From: Cyanophora paradoxa CCMP329
Lineage: Eukaryota; Plantae; Glaucophyta
DNA length: 64,000 bases
Reading direction: 5' to 3'
NCBI GenBank assembly: GCA_004431415.1
Contig: QPMI01000579.1
Location: forward strand, 157,077 to 221,076
Shown: positions 35,420-48,400 of the stretch, one piece after another
Layout of the letters: the number at the start of each line of letters is the position of its first letter
Position numbering within the stretch: the first letter of the stretch is position 1
Position numbers and translations under genes: made by a program
Notes under the pieces: model-generated
The model's input: the letters and a program-made list of their open reading frames with translations, nothing else
Told to the model about the DNA's origin: nothing
Database searches by the model: none

Positions 35420-37470
35420 GCTCGCGATCGAGCGAACGTATACATACGTTCCAGCCTTGCAGCACGTCTTCAAGTGCACGCACTGAAAGACCAGAGAGCT
35501 TCCGATGTGGCATGCGCAGCTTAGCATGCATATGATTACTTCGGGCAATGTGCCAGCGTGCTGTCATCGTTCTATCTCAGGAACCTGGGCACAGTACTCA
35601 TGCGTCAGGGATGTAGAATGCCGCGCGCGCCGCGGCGCGCTTTCGCAAGCATTCGCTGGGCACGCGCGCACCGGTGCACGTGCACGTTGTCGAACCTCAC
35701 GCGAATCCAGATGCCTGCTGCAGATAGCTATAGCTTGAGGCTGCTGCTGCTGCGTAAGTATCCGTACTGCGGTAGATGCTGCAGCGGACCGTCGAAGAGT
35801 GTACTAAGCGGTTGGCAGGCGGCGGGAGCCAAACATGTACAGCAGATGCATGCGAAACCGACATAAGCTCAAGGGCGAGATCTTCGGGAGTTCGGAGCGC
35901 GCTGCGGTGTCGCACGTGCGATGCATATGCATACAGCGTGCACGCGGTCCCCCACGGCCGCCAGGCTGATGTGCACCCAAGGTGAAGCTTTGAGAGCCTA
36001 GCTATAGCTATGAGGCGAAGTTTTGAGAACCGAGCTACTAGGCTATATATGATAGCATATGCTCCGCAGCTGAGGGCCTATATAGCTATACCAGGAAGTC
36101 GCCAAGCACTGCACACGTGCACGGCACTGCGCATCATAGCATGCGGCAGGTGCGCGATGCTCGGCCGTGCTGCCAGCTGCAGCTGCAGGCGCCAGCCGGG
36201 CTGTACGTAATACCGCGTATCTCCCGGGTCCGACGGTCACACCAGGTCACAGTTCTCAGATCGTGGGCCTCGGAGTCTAGTGCCACGGTGTGCACGGATC
36301 AGCCGGCGCCGCTGAGCTGCAGCCTGGCAGACCGGTCGCCGTATCGTCGGTATCGAACGTATACGACTCCGTGACGAGTACGTCCAGCCGCTGAGCTGCT
36401 CCGGGATCCCGGCCGGAGTTCGAGGAGATCTAGAGGCGAGGCGACCGTCCAACAGATCTAGACTCGGACAGAGTCGGACTGCTCCCAGAGCCTGGGCCAG
36501 AGGCCCAGAGCCTACTAGGCTAGTACTAGCTATAGGCTAGAGCCTAGAGGGTTAGGGGGGGTACTATCCGGTTGTAAACTTTTAATCGATGGTTAACTCT
36601 AGTACAGCACTAGTAGTATACGTAGTGCTGAGTCCTACTGACTCCCAGTGAGTCGACAGACTCGACACTGACTCGACAGTGACTCAGTGACTCCGGACAC
36701 CGGGACTCCGGAGTCCGGACTCCGGAGTATACCGGGGCCCAGCGAGTCAGTTTGGCAGCGACTCTCAGTACTGTACTACTAGTAGCCTAGTAGTAGTACT
36801 TAGTAGTCTAGTACTGCCTCTGTACTCAGTAGTACTGTACTGCCACAGTACTGGTACTACGTATACTGGTACTACGGTACATGTCCAGTCACACAGTCGA
36901 CTCACACTAGTGACACTGTGGCCATGGGCCACGCCGTGTGACGGCCGCCCGGCGCCCACGTACTACGGTACCCGGGCCGACCCGGCCCGGGCCCACGGGG
37001 CCCGGGCCACGCGGCGGCGCGGGCCGCGCGGCCCACGCCGCGGCCCACGCGTACGCGGCCCCCACCGTGCCACGGGCCCGGCCCCACCCGGGACCGCCCG
37101 GACCGGTACTGTAGGACGGCTTTTTTAGCCGTCGCTTTATTTTGCCGTAAATTGCCGAGAGGCCGCATTCGGCAATTTTAAGCGTCGGCAATGTTGTTGG
37201 GGGTAGAGGTTTTCTTAGGCCGCCATAGAGCGAATGTTTGGATTCGGCAATTTATTACCACGGCAATTCCGTTTTGGACGAATTCGGCAATTTTTCACGA
37301 CGGCAATTTAAGCCGTCCTACAGTACCGGCGGACCGCGGCGGTACGGCGGTACCGCGGGGCCCAGTGACTCTCAGTGAGCTCGAGGGACACTGAGTGCCA
37401 CTGAGTCACTGACTCAGAGTGACTCTGCCAGACTGCCACTGAGTCCACTAAGTACACTGTCCTAGTACTG
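35420..37470. repeat. Palindrome-saturated low-complexity intergenic/upstream region (accumulated micro-insertion footprints)
   Basis: Dense triplet-inversion motifs: GTG CAC GTG CAC (35674), TAG CTA TAG (35725), ATG CAT ATG CAT (35921), CAG CTG CAG CTG CAG (36174-36188), AGA TCT AGA (~36426, ~36454), ACT C AGT G ACT (36682). Confidence 0.75.
37109..37323. mobile_element. MITE (215 bp), TA target-site duplication, Tc1/mariner-type non-autonomous element
   Basis: TA|CTGTAGGACGGCTT ... AAGCCGTCCTACAG|TA: perfect 14-bp TIRs, about 8 internal CGGCAA(T)/(A)TTGCCG motifs; the empty site would be the palindrome ccggTAccgg. Confidence 0.85.
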
Positions 37471-37808
37471 TTTCTGGTTCGTGATTGGTGAGATAAAAAA
37501 ACACGCGTATGCGTACGCGATATCGCATTATTAATATTATGATTCGCATACTTAATTGGGACGATTTTCGTAATTTATTTGATTCTAGAGTCTATATATA
37601 TACATATAAAGTATTTTTTAAAGACTGATCATGATGAAAAGTCGTTAAAATTACGTACCTATGTTTTAAATTGACCCTATCTTCTGCCTTTCTGAATTCA
37701 CTTTTTGTTTGCAAGTTGTTTTTCTGAGTGACAAATCAGAGCGTTGCACGATGTGGGGAACGAAGCGGACATTAAGGGGGGAATGCTTCAATGGGGACGC
37801 TAAAAAAA

Positions 37809-37874
37809 CGAGACCGGCCCTATCGTCGGGCTATCGTGATTCGAGACCGGCCCTATCGTCGGGCTATCGTGATT
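37809..37874. repeat. 33-bp direct tandem duplication
   Basis: cgagaccggccctatcgtcgggctatcgtgatt x2 exactly. Confidence 0.9.
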
Positions 37875-37887
37875 CGAAATTAAAATA

Positions 37888-37969
37888 CTGGACGCAGAAA
37901 ATTAGTGGAGCCCGAAATTAGCTATAGTGGACCGAAAACTTGACTCAGTCTACTAATTTCGGGCTCCAG
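37888..37969. mobile_element. Putative mini-MITE (82 bp) with TA TSD
   Basis: TA|CTGGACGCAGAAAATTAGT ... ACTAATTTCGGGCTCCAG|TA imperfect TIRs, plus a perfect 16-bp inverted pair at 37906-37921/37953-37968. Confidence 0.55.
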
Positions 37970-38134
37970 TATGCTGCTAACCTGCCCTATACAGTACCCC
38001 CGTTGTTTTATTAATGTCTAACTTAGAAGCAATTTTTTTAAACATAGAATGTCTAAGTGTATCGGCTTGATCAATATAATCTTTTAATTCTTCAGGCTCT
38101 ATAAAGTTCTTTCGAGTAAGTTATCTACTTTTTC

Positions 38135-38262
38135 AGGCGAAGCCTCTTTCAGGCGAAGCCTCTTTCAGGCGAAGCCTCTTTCAGGCGAAGCCTCTTTCAG
38201 GCGAAGCCTCTTTCAGGCGAAGCCTCTTTCAGGCGAAGCCTCTTTCAGGCGAAGCCTCTTTC
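38135..38262 (+). repeat. 8 x 16-bp minisatellite (aggcgaagcctctttc), the amplified 5' subterminal hairpin of the Helentron-type element
   Basis: Exactly 128 bp = 8 perfect units. Each holds AGGC-GAA-GCCT, whose reverse complement (aggcttcgcc) lies near every 3' end of the array units. Confidence 0.9.
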
Positions 38263-40609
38263 TCAAACCCAAAAACCGCCGAGCGAAATTCCTTTTTTAA
38301 CCTTTTTTTCCACTCGAGATCTCCCCTGCCAGATAATTTCCGTGTCGCAGCTCCTCGACACAGAATTATTAATTCTGCCTCGACACGGACGCGATTGATG
38401 GACATTACACAGCTGCCCGAACCCCACAGACCTCTCTAGATCCATTTTAGCGTCCTGGCTCCCCTAAGACGACCGCTCCCCGTGGGCGTCGCGCGGAATC
38501 GAATTTCCTCTGGATCAATTCCGGTACTTGAGATCCGACAACTGCAGTCCGAGTCAGAAGGTGGGACCCGGTCCCGCCCGGTCCCGCGACGAAATCGCGC
38601 CAGGGACGCCCCAGAACGCTAAAGAGTGACGCGCGAGGGCGAGCACATCGCCGCAAGCTCGATTTCGAGCGCCCTCGACGCTGCAGTGCCAAGAGTCGGC
38701 CGAAAATTTGATCCGGCCGGTCCCGCCCGGTCCCGCGACGCGCGCAATCGATGCGTACTGGCGCGCATAGACATAGCACGACCTGCGCACTCCAGATATC
38801 CGCTTTCCGGAGCCGGAACAGCGCAAGAAGGTGCCCGATAGCGAAAATTCGATCCTGGACAGCCCCGGACATCTTTCCGCGCGCCCAGGCCGCGGCGCAT
38901 GCGCGGAACAATAGCATATGCATTTCAGATGTAGAAGAAGCCTTCCACACGGTTTGCACATGCGCCCGGCCGCGAGGACCCAGCCGACCCCGAAAATTCG
39001 ATCCTCTTCAGACCTGAACAACTTTCCGCGCGCCCTCGCGTCCTCACGCAGGCCGCATCGCTGGTATATTCATTTGAGATTTTATCAAAGCCTTCCACAA
39101 ACTTCGAAGACGCGAAAGACCACGAGAACCCAACCGACGGCAAAAATTCGATCCTGCACGGACCCGGAGATCTTTCCGCGCGCCCACGCTGCGGCGCATG
39201 CGCGGAACAATAGCATAAGCATCTGAGATGTAGATGAAGCGTTCCGCACGCTTTACAGATGTGCCAGGCCGCGAGGACCCAGCCGACCCCGAACATTCGA
39301 TCCTCGCTACTATATTCATTTGGGATTTTATCTAAGCCTTCCACAAGCTTCGAAGACGCGAAAGAACACGAGAACCGTGAACCCAGCCGGCGGCAAAAAT
39401 TCGATCCTGCGCGGCCCCATCCCTACAATAGTAATTTGAAATCTTCGTTAAGCTTTTCGAGACCTCCGACGACGCGACAGGGCGCGACAATCCAGCTGGC
39501 CCCGAAAATTCGATCCTTCACGGACACGCACGTCTTTCCGCGCGCCCTCGAGATCTGCACTGCCAGATAATTATTAATTAGATCTGCCCCAGATCGATCT
39601 TCGAGTATATAATTATAGTTATATCCCGTCTCAGCAGCCCGGCGCCCTTCCTCAGATTTGCCAAGATCCTGAATACAAAAAGATTTCGCGAACACATTGG
39701 CAAGATCTGTCAAGATCTTGAATTAAAAAAAGATCTCACCGATCTCGCGCCATTGACGATTCGATGACGGATTTAGTTGTGACTGACGAACTTCTGAGTC
39801 CAACTTATGACAGTCTTCACGGCTAGCAGCAGCCCGGCGCCCTTCCTCAGATCTCGATCGAGACCTCCGAGGACGCGACAGGGCGCAAGAATCCAGGTGA
39901 CCCCGAAAATTCGATCCTTCACGGACCTGCACATCTTTCCGCGCGCCCTCGCATCCTCGCGCATGCGCATCGCTACAGTATTCAGTTGAGATCTTTTTAA
40001 AGCTTTTCGCAAGCTTTGAAGACATGAAAGAGCACGAGAACCCAGCCGACGGCAAAAATTCGATCCTGCACAGGCCCGGACATCTTTCCGCGCGCCCACG
40101 CCGGGGCGCATGCGCGGAACAATAGCATAAGCATTTGAGATGTAGGTAAAGTCTTCCGCACGCTTTGCGTATGCGCCGGGCCGCGAGGACCCAGCCGACG
40201 CAAAAATTCGATCCTGAACGGGCCTGCACAGCTTTCCGCGCGCCCTCGCCTCCGGATCCGCAGCCCTGCACATTGATACTATATGCATTCGAGATTCTGT
40301 TTAAGTGATGCGCAAGCTCTGTGCATGCGCCTGGCCGCGAGAACCTCGCCCCTCCCGGCCGCGGGCCTCCTTCCCAACAATATTATATAATTAATCTCCT
40401 CTCAATCTGCTCCACCCTTTATTTCCTCAGCACATTAATATTCCTCTAGCCGGCCAGGGCTAGCTGGACTGGCCGTCAGCTAGCCAGCTTCCAGCCAGAA
40501 AGCTGTTCGCTGGCCAGTCGATGAGTGCCCTATAGGCCTACTGTGACAGCCGCGAGGGCGTCCGCGAGGCTTCGCCGTACTTAGTGCTCCGCAGGAGCAC
40601 GGATCTTGT
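38262..40609 (+). repeat. Array unit type A (near-identical copies at 42490-44833 and 48338-50690)
   Basis: Same ORF-track patterns at offsets of ~4230 and ~10076; all three carry the AGATCT-rich insert. Confidence 0.9.
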
Positions 40610-42489
40610 CAGGCGAAGCCTCTTTCAGGCGAAGCCTCTTTCTCAAACCCAAAAACCGACGATCTAAATTCCTTTTTTAACCTTTTTTTCCACTCGAGAT
40701 CCCCCCTGCTAAATAATTTCCGTGTCGCACTCCCTCGAGCCAGAATTATTAATTCTGCCTCGACACGGACGCGATTGCCGCTAGTCACACACCCACCCGA
40801 ACCCCCACAGACCTCTCTAGATCCATTTTTAGCGTCCTGGCTCCCCTAAGACGACCGCTCCCCCGTGGGCGTCCCGCGAAAATCGAATTTCCCTCTGGAT
40901 CAATTCCGGTACTTAACCTCCGACAAATGCAGTCCGAGTCAGAAGGTGGGACCCGGTCCGCCCGGTCCCGCGACGAAATCGCGCCAGGGACGCCCCAGAG
41001 CGATACAGAATGACGCGCGAGGGCGAGCGCATCGCCGCAAGCTCGATTTCGGGCGCCCTCGACGCTCCAGTGCGAACAGTCGCCCGAAAATTGATCCGGC
41101 CGGTTCCGGCCGGTCCCGCGAAGCGCACAAACGATGCGTACGAGCGCGCATAGAAATAGCAGGGCCTGCGCACCCCCGAAATCCGCTTTTCAGAGGCCGA
41201 ACAGCGCAGGAAGGTACCCGACAGCAAAAATTCGATCCTGCACAGGCCCGGACATCTTTCCGCGCGCCCGCGCCGCGGCGCACGCGCGGAACGATAGCAT
41301 AAGCATTTAAGATGTACAAGAAGACTTCCGCACGCTTTATAAATGCACCAGGCCGCGAGGACCTAGCCGACCCCGAAAATTCGATCCTCTACAGACCTGC
41401 AGACCTTTCCGCGTCCCGCGACGAAACCGCGCCAGGGACGCCCCAGACCGATACAGAATGACGCGCGAGGGCGAGCGCATCGCCGCAAGCTCGATTTCGG
41501 GCGCCGTCGACGCTCCAGTGCGAAGAGTCGGCCGAAAATTTGATCCGGCCGGTCCCACCCGGTCCCGCGACGCGCGCAATCGATGCGCACTGGCGCGCAT
41601 AGACATAGCAGGGCCTGCGCACCCACGAAATCCGCTTTTCGGATGCCGAACAGCGCACGAAGGTACCCGACGGCAAAATTTGATCCTGCACCGGCCTGGA
41701 CATCTTTCCGCGCACTCATGCCGCGGCGCATGCGCGGAACAATAGCATAAGCATTTGAGATGTAGAAGAAGCCTTCCGCACGCTTTATAGCTGCGCCGGG
41801 CCGCGAGGACCCAGCCCACCCGAAAATTCGATCCTCTACAGACCTGCAGACCTTTCCGCGCGCCCTCGCATCCTCGCGCGTGCGCATCGCTACAATAGTA
41901 ATTTGACATCTTCGTTAAGCTTTTGCGACCCCGACAACGCGACAGGGCGCGAGAATCCAGCCGACCCTGAAAATTCGATCCTGCATGGACCTGCACGTCT
42001 TTCCTCGCGCCCTCGCCTCCGCAACCCTGCACATTGGTACTATATGCATGCGAGATTCTTTTTAAGCGATTGGCAAGCTCTGCGCATGCGCCTGGCTGCA
42101 AGAACCTCGCCCCTCCGGATCCTCGGGCTCCCACCCCCCACGTGCACAAGCCAATACATAAAATCTCCTCTCAATATGCTCCACCAGTTAAAAGCAAGCC
42201 AGTACGTCCAACTCCTCCCCTAATTATAAATTCCCTCTAGCTCCTCGATCATTACATTCCTCTCTGGCCAGCCAGGTTCGTCCCCCAGCCCTCTGGCTAT
42301 ATATATAGCTAGCGAGCCAGCATGCATATATATGGCCCGGCCGCCAGCTTCGAATTCCAGCCAGCCATTTGGCCGGGCAGCGCGCTGGCCAGTGCGCTAG
42401 GCCTAGGCTGCCAAGGCCTACTGTGACAGCCGCGAGAGCGTCCGCGAGGCTTCGCCGTACTTAGTGCTCCGCAGGAGCACGGATCTTGT
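40610..42489 (+). repeat. Array unit type B (related copy at 50691-52545)
   Basis: 41250-42489 is near-identical to ~51290-52545, including the distinctive 3' region ggctatatatatagctagcg. Confidence 0.85.
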
Positions 42490-45400
42490 CTCAAACCCAA
42501 AAACCGCCGAGCGAAATTCCTTTTTTAACCTTTTTTTCCACTCGAGATCTCCCCTGCCAGATAATTTCCGTGTCGCAGCTCCTCGACACAGAATTATTAA
42601 TTCTGCCTCGACACGGACGCGATTGATGGACATTACACAGCTGCCCGAACCCCCACAGACCTCTCTAGATCCATTTTTAGCGTCCTGGCTCCCCTAAGAC
42701 GACCGCTCCCCCGTGGGCGTCGCGCGGAATCGAATTTCCCTCTGGATCAATTCCGGTACTTGAGATCCGACAACTGCAGTCCGAGTCAGAAGGTGGGACC
42801 CGGTCCCGCCCGGTCCCGCGACGAAATCGCGCCAGGGACGCCCAGAACGCTAAAGAGTGACGCGCGAGGGCGAGCACATCGCCGCAAGCTCGATTTCGAG
42901 CGCCCTCGACGCTGCAGTGCCAAGAGTCGGCCGAAAATTTGATCCGGCCGGTCCCGCCCGGTCCCGCGACGCGCGCAATCGATGCGTACTGGCGCGCATA
43001 GACATAGCACGACCTGCGCACTCCAGATATCCGCTTTCCGGAGCCGGAACAGCGCAAGAAGGTGCCCGATAGCGAAAATTCGATCCTGGACAGCCCCGGA
43101 CATCTTTCCGCGCGCCCAGGCCGCGGCGCATGCGCGGAACAATAGCATATGCATTTCAGATGTAGAAGAAGCCTTCCACACGGTTTGCACATGCGCCCGG
43201 CCGCGAGGACCCAGCCGACCCCGAAAATTCGATCCTCTTCAGACCTGAACAACTTTCCGCGCGCCCTCGCGTCCTCACGCAGGCCGCATCGCTGGTATAT
43301 TCATTTGAGATTTTATCAAAGCCTTCCACAAACTTCGAAGACGCGAAAGACCACGAGAACCCAACCGACGGCAAAAATTCGATCCTGCACGGACCCGGAG
43401 ATCTTTCCGCGCGCCCACGCTGCGGCGCATGCGCGGAACAATAGCATAAGCATCTGAGATGTAGATGAAGCGTTCCGCACGCTTTACAGATGTGCCAGGC
43501 CGCGAGGACCCAGCCGACCCGAACATTCGATCCTCGCTACTATATTCATTTGGGATTTTATCTAAGCCTTCCACAAGCTTCGAAGACGCGAAAGAACACG
43601 AGAACCGTGAACCCAGCCGGCGGCAAAAATTCGATCCTGCGCGGCCCCATCCCTACAATAGTAATTTGAAATCTTCGTTAAGCTTTTCGAGACCTCCGAC
43701 GACGCGACAGGGCGCGACAATCCAGCTGGCCCCGAAAATTCGATCCTTCACGGACACGCACGTCTTTCCGCGCGCCCTCGAGATCTGCACTGCCAGATAA
43801 TTATTAATTAGATCTGCCCCAGATCGATCTTCGAGTATATAATTATAGTTATATCCCGTCTCAGCAGCCCGGCGCCCTTCCTCAGATTTGCCAAGATCCT
43901 GAATACAAAAAGATTTCGCGAACACATTGGCAAGATCTGTCAAGATCTTGAATTAAAAAAAGATCTCACCGATCTCGCGCCATTGACGATTCGATGACGG
44001 ATTTAGTTGTGACTGACGAACTTCTGAGTCCAACTTATGACAGTCTTCACGGCTAGCAGCAGCCCGGCGCCCTTCCTCAGATCTCGATCGAGACCTCCGA
44101 GGACGCGACAGGGCGCAAGAATCCAGGTGACCCCGAAAATTCGATCCTTCACGGACCTGCACATCTTTCCGCGCGCCCTCGCATCCTCGCGCATGCGCAT
44201 CGCTACAATATTCAGTTGAGATCTTTTTAAAGCTTTTCGCAAGCTTTGAAGACATGAAAGAGCACGAGAACCCAGCCGACGGCAAAAATTCGATCCTGCA
44301 CAGGCCCGGACATCTTTCCGCGCGCCCACGCCGGGGCGCATGCGCGGAACAATAGCATAAGCATTTGAGATGTAGGTAAAGTCTTCCGCACGCTTTGCGT
44401 ATGCGCCGGGCCGCGAGGACCCAGCCGACGCAAAAATTCGATCCTGAACGGGCCTGCACAGCTTTCCGCGCGCCCTCGCCTCCGGATCCGCAGCCCTGCA
44501 CATTGATACTATATGCATTCGAGATTCTGTTTAAGTGATGCGCAAGCTCTGTGCATGCGCCTGGCCGCGAGAACCTCGCCCCTCCCGGCCGCGGGCCTCC
44601 TTCCCAACAATATTATATAATTAATCTCCTCTCAATCTGCTCCACCCTTTATTTCCTCAGCACATTAATATTCCTCTAGCCGGCCAGGGCTAGCTGGACT
44701 GGCCGTCAGCTAGCCAGCTTCCAGCCAGAAAGCTGTTCGCTGGCCAGTCGATGAGTGCCCTATAGGCCTACTGTGACAGCCGCGAGGGCGTCCGCGAGGC
44801 TTCGCCGTACTTAGTGCTCCGCAGGAGCACGGACCCTCTGCTAAATAATTTCCGCGTCGCACTCCCTCGAGGACGAATTATTAATTCTGCCTCGACACGG
44901 ACGCGATTGCCGCTAATGACTCAGCTACCCTAACCCCCACAGACCTCTCTAGATCCATTTTTAGCGTCGTGGCTCCCCTAAGACGACCGCTCGCCCGTGG
45001 GCGTCGCGCGAAAATCGAATTTCCCTCTGGATCAATTCCGGTACTTAACCTCCGACAAATGCAGTCCGAGTCAGAAGGTGGGACCCGGTCCCGCCCGGTC
45101 CCGCGACGAAATCGCGCCAGGGACGCCCCAGAACGATACAGAATGCCGCGCGAGGGCGAGCGCATCGCCGCAAGCTCGATTTCAAGCGCCGTCGACGCTC
45201 CAGTGCGAAGAGTCGGCCGAAAATTTGATCCAGCGCTAGCCGGTCCCGCCCGGTCCCGCGACGCGCGCAATCGATGCGTACTGGCGCGCATGGACATAGC
45301 AGGGCCTGCGCACCCCCGAAATCCGCTTTTCGGAGCCGGAACAGCGCAGGAAGGTACCCGACGGCCAAAATTCGATCCTGCACGCGCCCTGACATCTTTC

Positions 45401-48400
45401 CGCGCGCCCACGCCGCGGCGCATGCGCGGAACGATAGCATAAGCATTTAAGATGTAGGCAAAGTCTTCCGCACGCTTTGCGTATGCGACGGGCCGCGAGG
45501 ACCCAGCCGACCCCGAAAATTCGATCCTGCATGGACCTGCACATCTTTCCGCGCGCCCTCGCCTCGAGCTCCGCAGCCCCGCACATCGATGCTATAGCTA
45601 TATGCATTCAAGCCGGAACAGCGCAGGAAGGTACCCGACGGCCAAAATTCGATCCTGCACGCGCCCTGACATCTTTCCGCGCGCCCACGCCGCGGCGCAT
45701 GCGCGGAACGATAGCATAAGCATTTAAGATGTAGGCAAAGTCTTCCGCACGCTTTGCGTATGCGACGGGCCGCGAGGACCCAGCCGACCCCGAAAATTCG
45801 ATCCTGCATGGACCTGCACATCTTTCCGCGCGCCCTCGCCTCGAGCTCCGCAGCCCCGCACATCGATGCTATAGCTATATGCATTCAAGATTCTGTTTCA
45901 GCGATTCGCAAGCTCTGTGCATGCGCCTGGCCGCGAGAACCTTGCCCTCCCGGGCCTCCCTCTCAACAATATTATATATAATTCATCTCCTCTAATCTCA
46001 ACCTGCTCCGGCCTCCCTTTATTTCCTCAGTACATTAATATTCCTCTAGTTATATTCCTCTAGCCGGCCAGCGGTAGCTGGACTGGCCGTCAGCCGGCCA
46101 GCTTCCAACCAGAAAGCTGTTCGCGATCGGCCAGGCCGCTGGCCAGTGCCCTATAGGCCTACTGTGACAGCCGCGAGGGCGTCCGCGAGGCTTCGCCGTA
46201 CTTAGTGCTCCGCAGGAGCACGGATCTTGTCTCAAACCCAAAAACCGCCGACCGAAATTCCTTTTTTAACCTTTTTTTCCACTCAAGATCCCCCGTGCCA
46301 AATAATTTCCGTGTCACATTCCCTCGAGACAGAATTATTAATTCTGCCTCGACACAGACGCGATTGATGGACATTACACAGCTGCCCGAACCCCCACAGA
46401 CCCCTCTAGATCCATTTTTAGCGTCCTGGCTCCCCTAAGACGACCGCTCTCCCGTGCACGTCGCGCGAATTTCGAATTTCCCTCTGGATCAATTCCGTTA
46501 CTTAACCTCCGACAAATGCAGTCCGAGCCAGAAGGTGGGACCCGGTCCCGCCCGGTCCCGCGACGAAATCGCGCCAGGGACGCCCCAGAACGATACAGAA
46601 TAACGCGCGAGGGCGAGCGCATCGCCGCAAGCTCGATTTCGGGCGCCCTCGACGCTGCAGTCCGAACAGTACGCCGAAATTTGATCCTCCCGGTTCCGGC
46701 CGGTCCCGCGACGCGCGCAATCGATGCGTACTGGCGCGTATAGACATAGCACGGCCTGCGCACCCCCGAAATCCGCTTTTCGGAGCCGGAACAGCGCAGG
46801 AAGGTACCCGACGGCAAAAATTCGATCCCACACGGCCCCGGACATCTTTCCGCGCGCCCACGCCGCGGCGCACGCGCGGAACGATAGCATAAGCATTTAA
46901 GATGTAGAAGAAGACTTCCGCACAGTTTACGGATGTGCCGGGCCGCGAGGACCCAGCCGACCCCGAAAATTCGATCCTGGACGGACCTGCACGTCTTTCC
47001 GCGCGCCCTCGCAGAAGCGCGGCCCCGCAGGCATGTACCAGCACTTGAGAATCTCCGGCACGTCTTGACCGCCCTCCGCATCGCGCCTGTATCGCATAGC
47101 TCTTGGTCGCACTCCCTCGAGCCAGAATTATTAATTCTGCCTCGACACGGACGCGATTGCTGCTGGTAACACACCCACCCGAACCCCCACAAACCTCTCT
47201 ACATCCATTTTTAGCGTCGTGGCACCCCTAAGACGACCGCTCTCCCGTAGGCGTCCCGCGAAAATCGAATTTCCCTCTGAATCAATTCCGGTACTTAACC
47301 TCCGACAAATGCAGTCCAAGTCAGAACGTGGAACCCGGTCCCGCCCGGTCCCGCGACGAAATCGCGCCAGGGACGCCCAGAACGATACAGAATGCCGCGC
47401 GAGGGCGAGCGCATCGCCGCAAGCTCGATTTCGGGCGCCCTCGACACTCCAGTGCGAAGACTCCGCCGAAATTTTGATCCAGCCGGTCCGGCCCGGTCCG
47501 CGACGCGCGCAATCGATGCGCACTGGCGCGCATAGACATAGCAGGGCCTGCGCACCCCGAAATCCGCTTTTCGGATGCCGAACAGCGCAGGAAGGTACCC
47601 GACGGCAAAAATTCGATCCTGCACAGCCCGGACATCTTTCCGCGCGCCCACGCGCGGCGCATGCGCGGAACAATAGCATACGCATTTGAGATGTAGACAA
47701 AGCATTCCGCACGCTTTGCCGATGCGCCGGGCCGCGGGGACCCAGCCGACCCCGAAAATTCGATCCTTCACGGACCTGCACAGCTTTCCGCGCGCCCTCG
47801 CATCCTCATGCATGGGCATCGCTACAATATTCATTTGAGAGCTTTTCAAAGCGTAGCGCAAGCTCCAAGGGCGCGACAGGGCGCGAGAACCCAGCCGACC
47901 CGAAAATTCGATCCTGCATGGACCTGCAGGTTTTCCTCGCGCCCTCGCCTCCGCAACCCTGCACATTGATACTATATGCATTCGAGTTTCTTTTTAAGCG
48001 ATTCGCAAGCTCTGTGCATGCGCCTGGCTGCGATCGCGAGAACCTCGCCCCTCCCGGGCCTCAAATATTATATATTTATTCTCCTCTCAATATGCTTTAC
48101 CTGTTAAAAGCAAGCCAGTCCAACTCTTCCCCTAATTATTAATTCCTTCTCCTAATTAATTACATTCCTCTCTAGCTGGCCAGCCAGGCCTCTGGCCGCC
48201 AGCTTCCAGCCAACCAGCTGTTCGGCCGGGCCGCTGGCCAGCTGCAGTGCGCTACGCCTACTGTGACAGCCGTGCGCGCGCGAGGGCGGCCGCGAGGCTT
48301 CGCCGTACTTAGTGCTCCGCAGGAGCACGGATCTTGTCTCAAACCCAAAAACCGCCGAGCGAAATTCCTTTTTTAACCTTTTTTTCCACTCGAGATCTCC

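Noticed and set aside
36548-36560. Telomeric repeat (gggttagggggg; also ccctaaccccc inside array units)
   Set aside because: Isolated single motifs, no tandem array.
37468-37995. Larger TA-flanked TIR element (TA|CTGT ... ACAG|TA)
   Set aside because: Only 4 terminal bases are complementary; insufficient support.
38135-38262. CRISPR array
   Set aside because: Perfect 16-bp tandem with no spacers; eukaryotic context and no cas genes.
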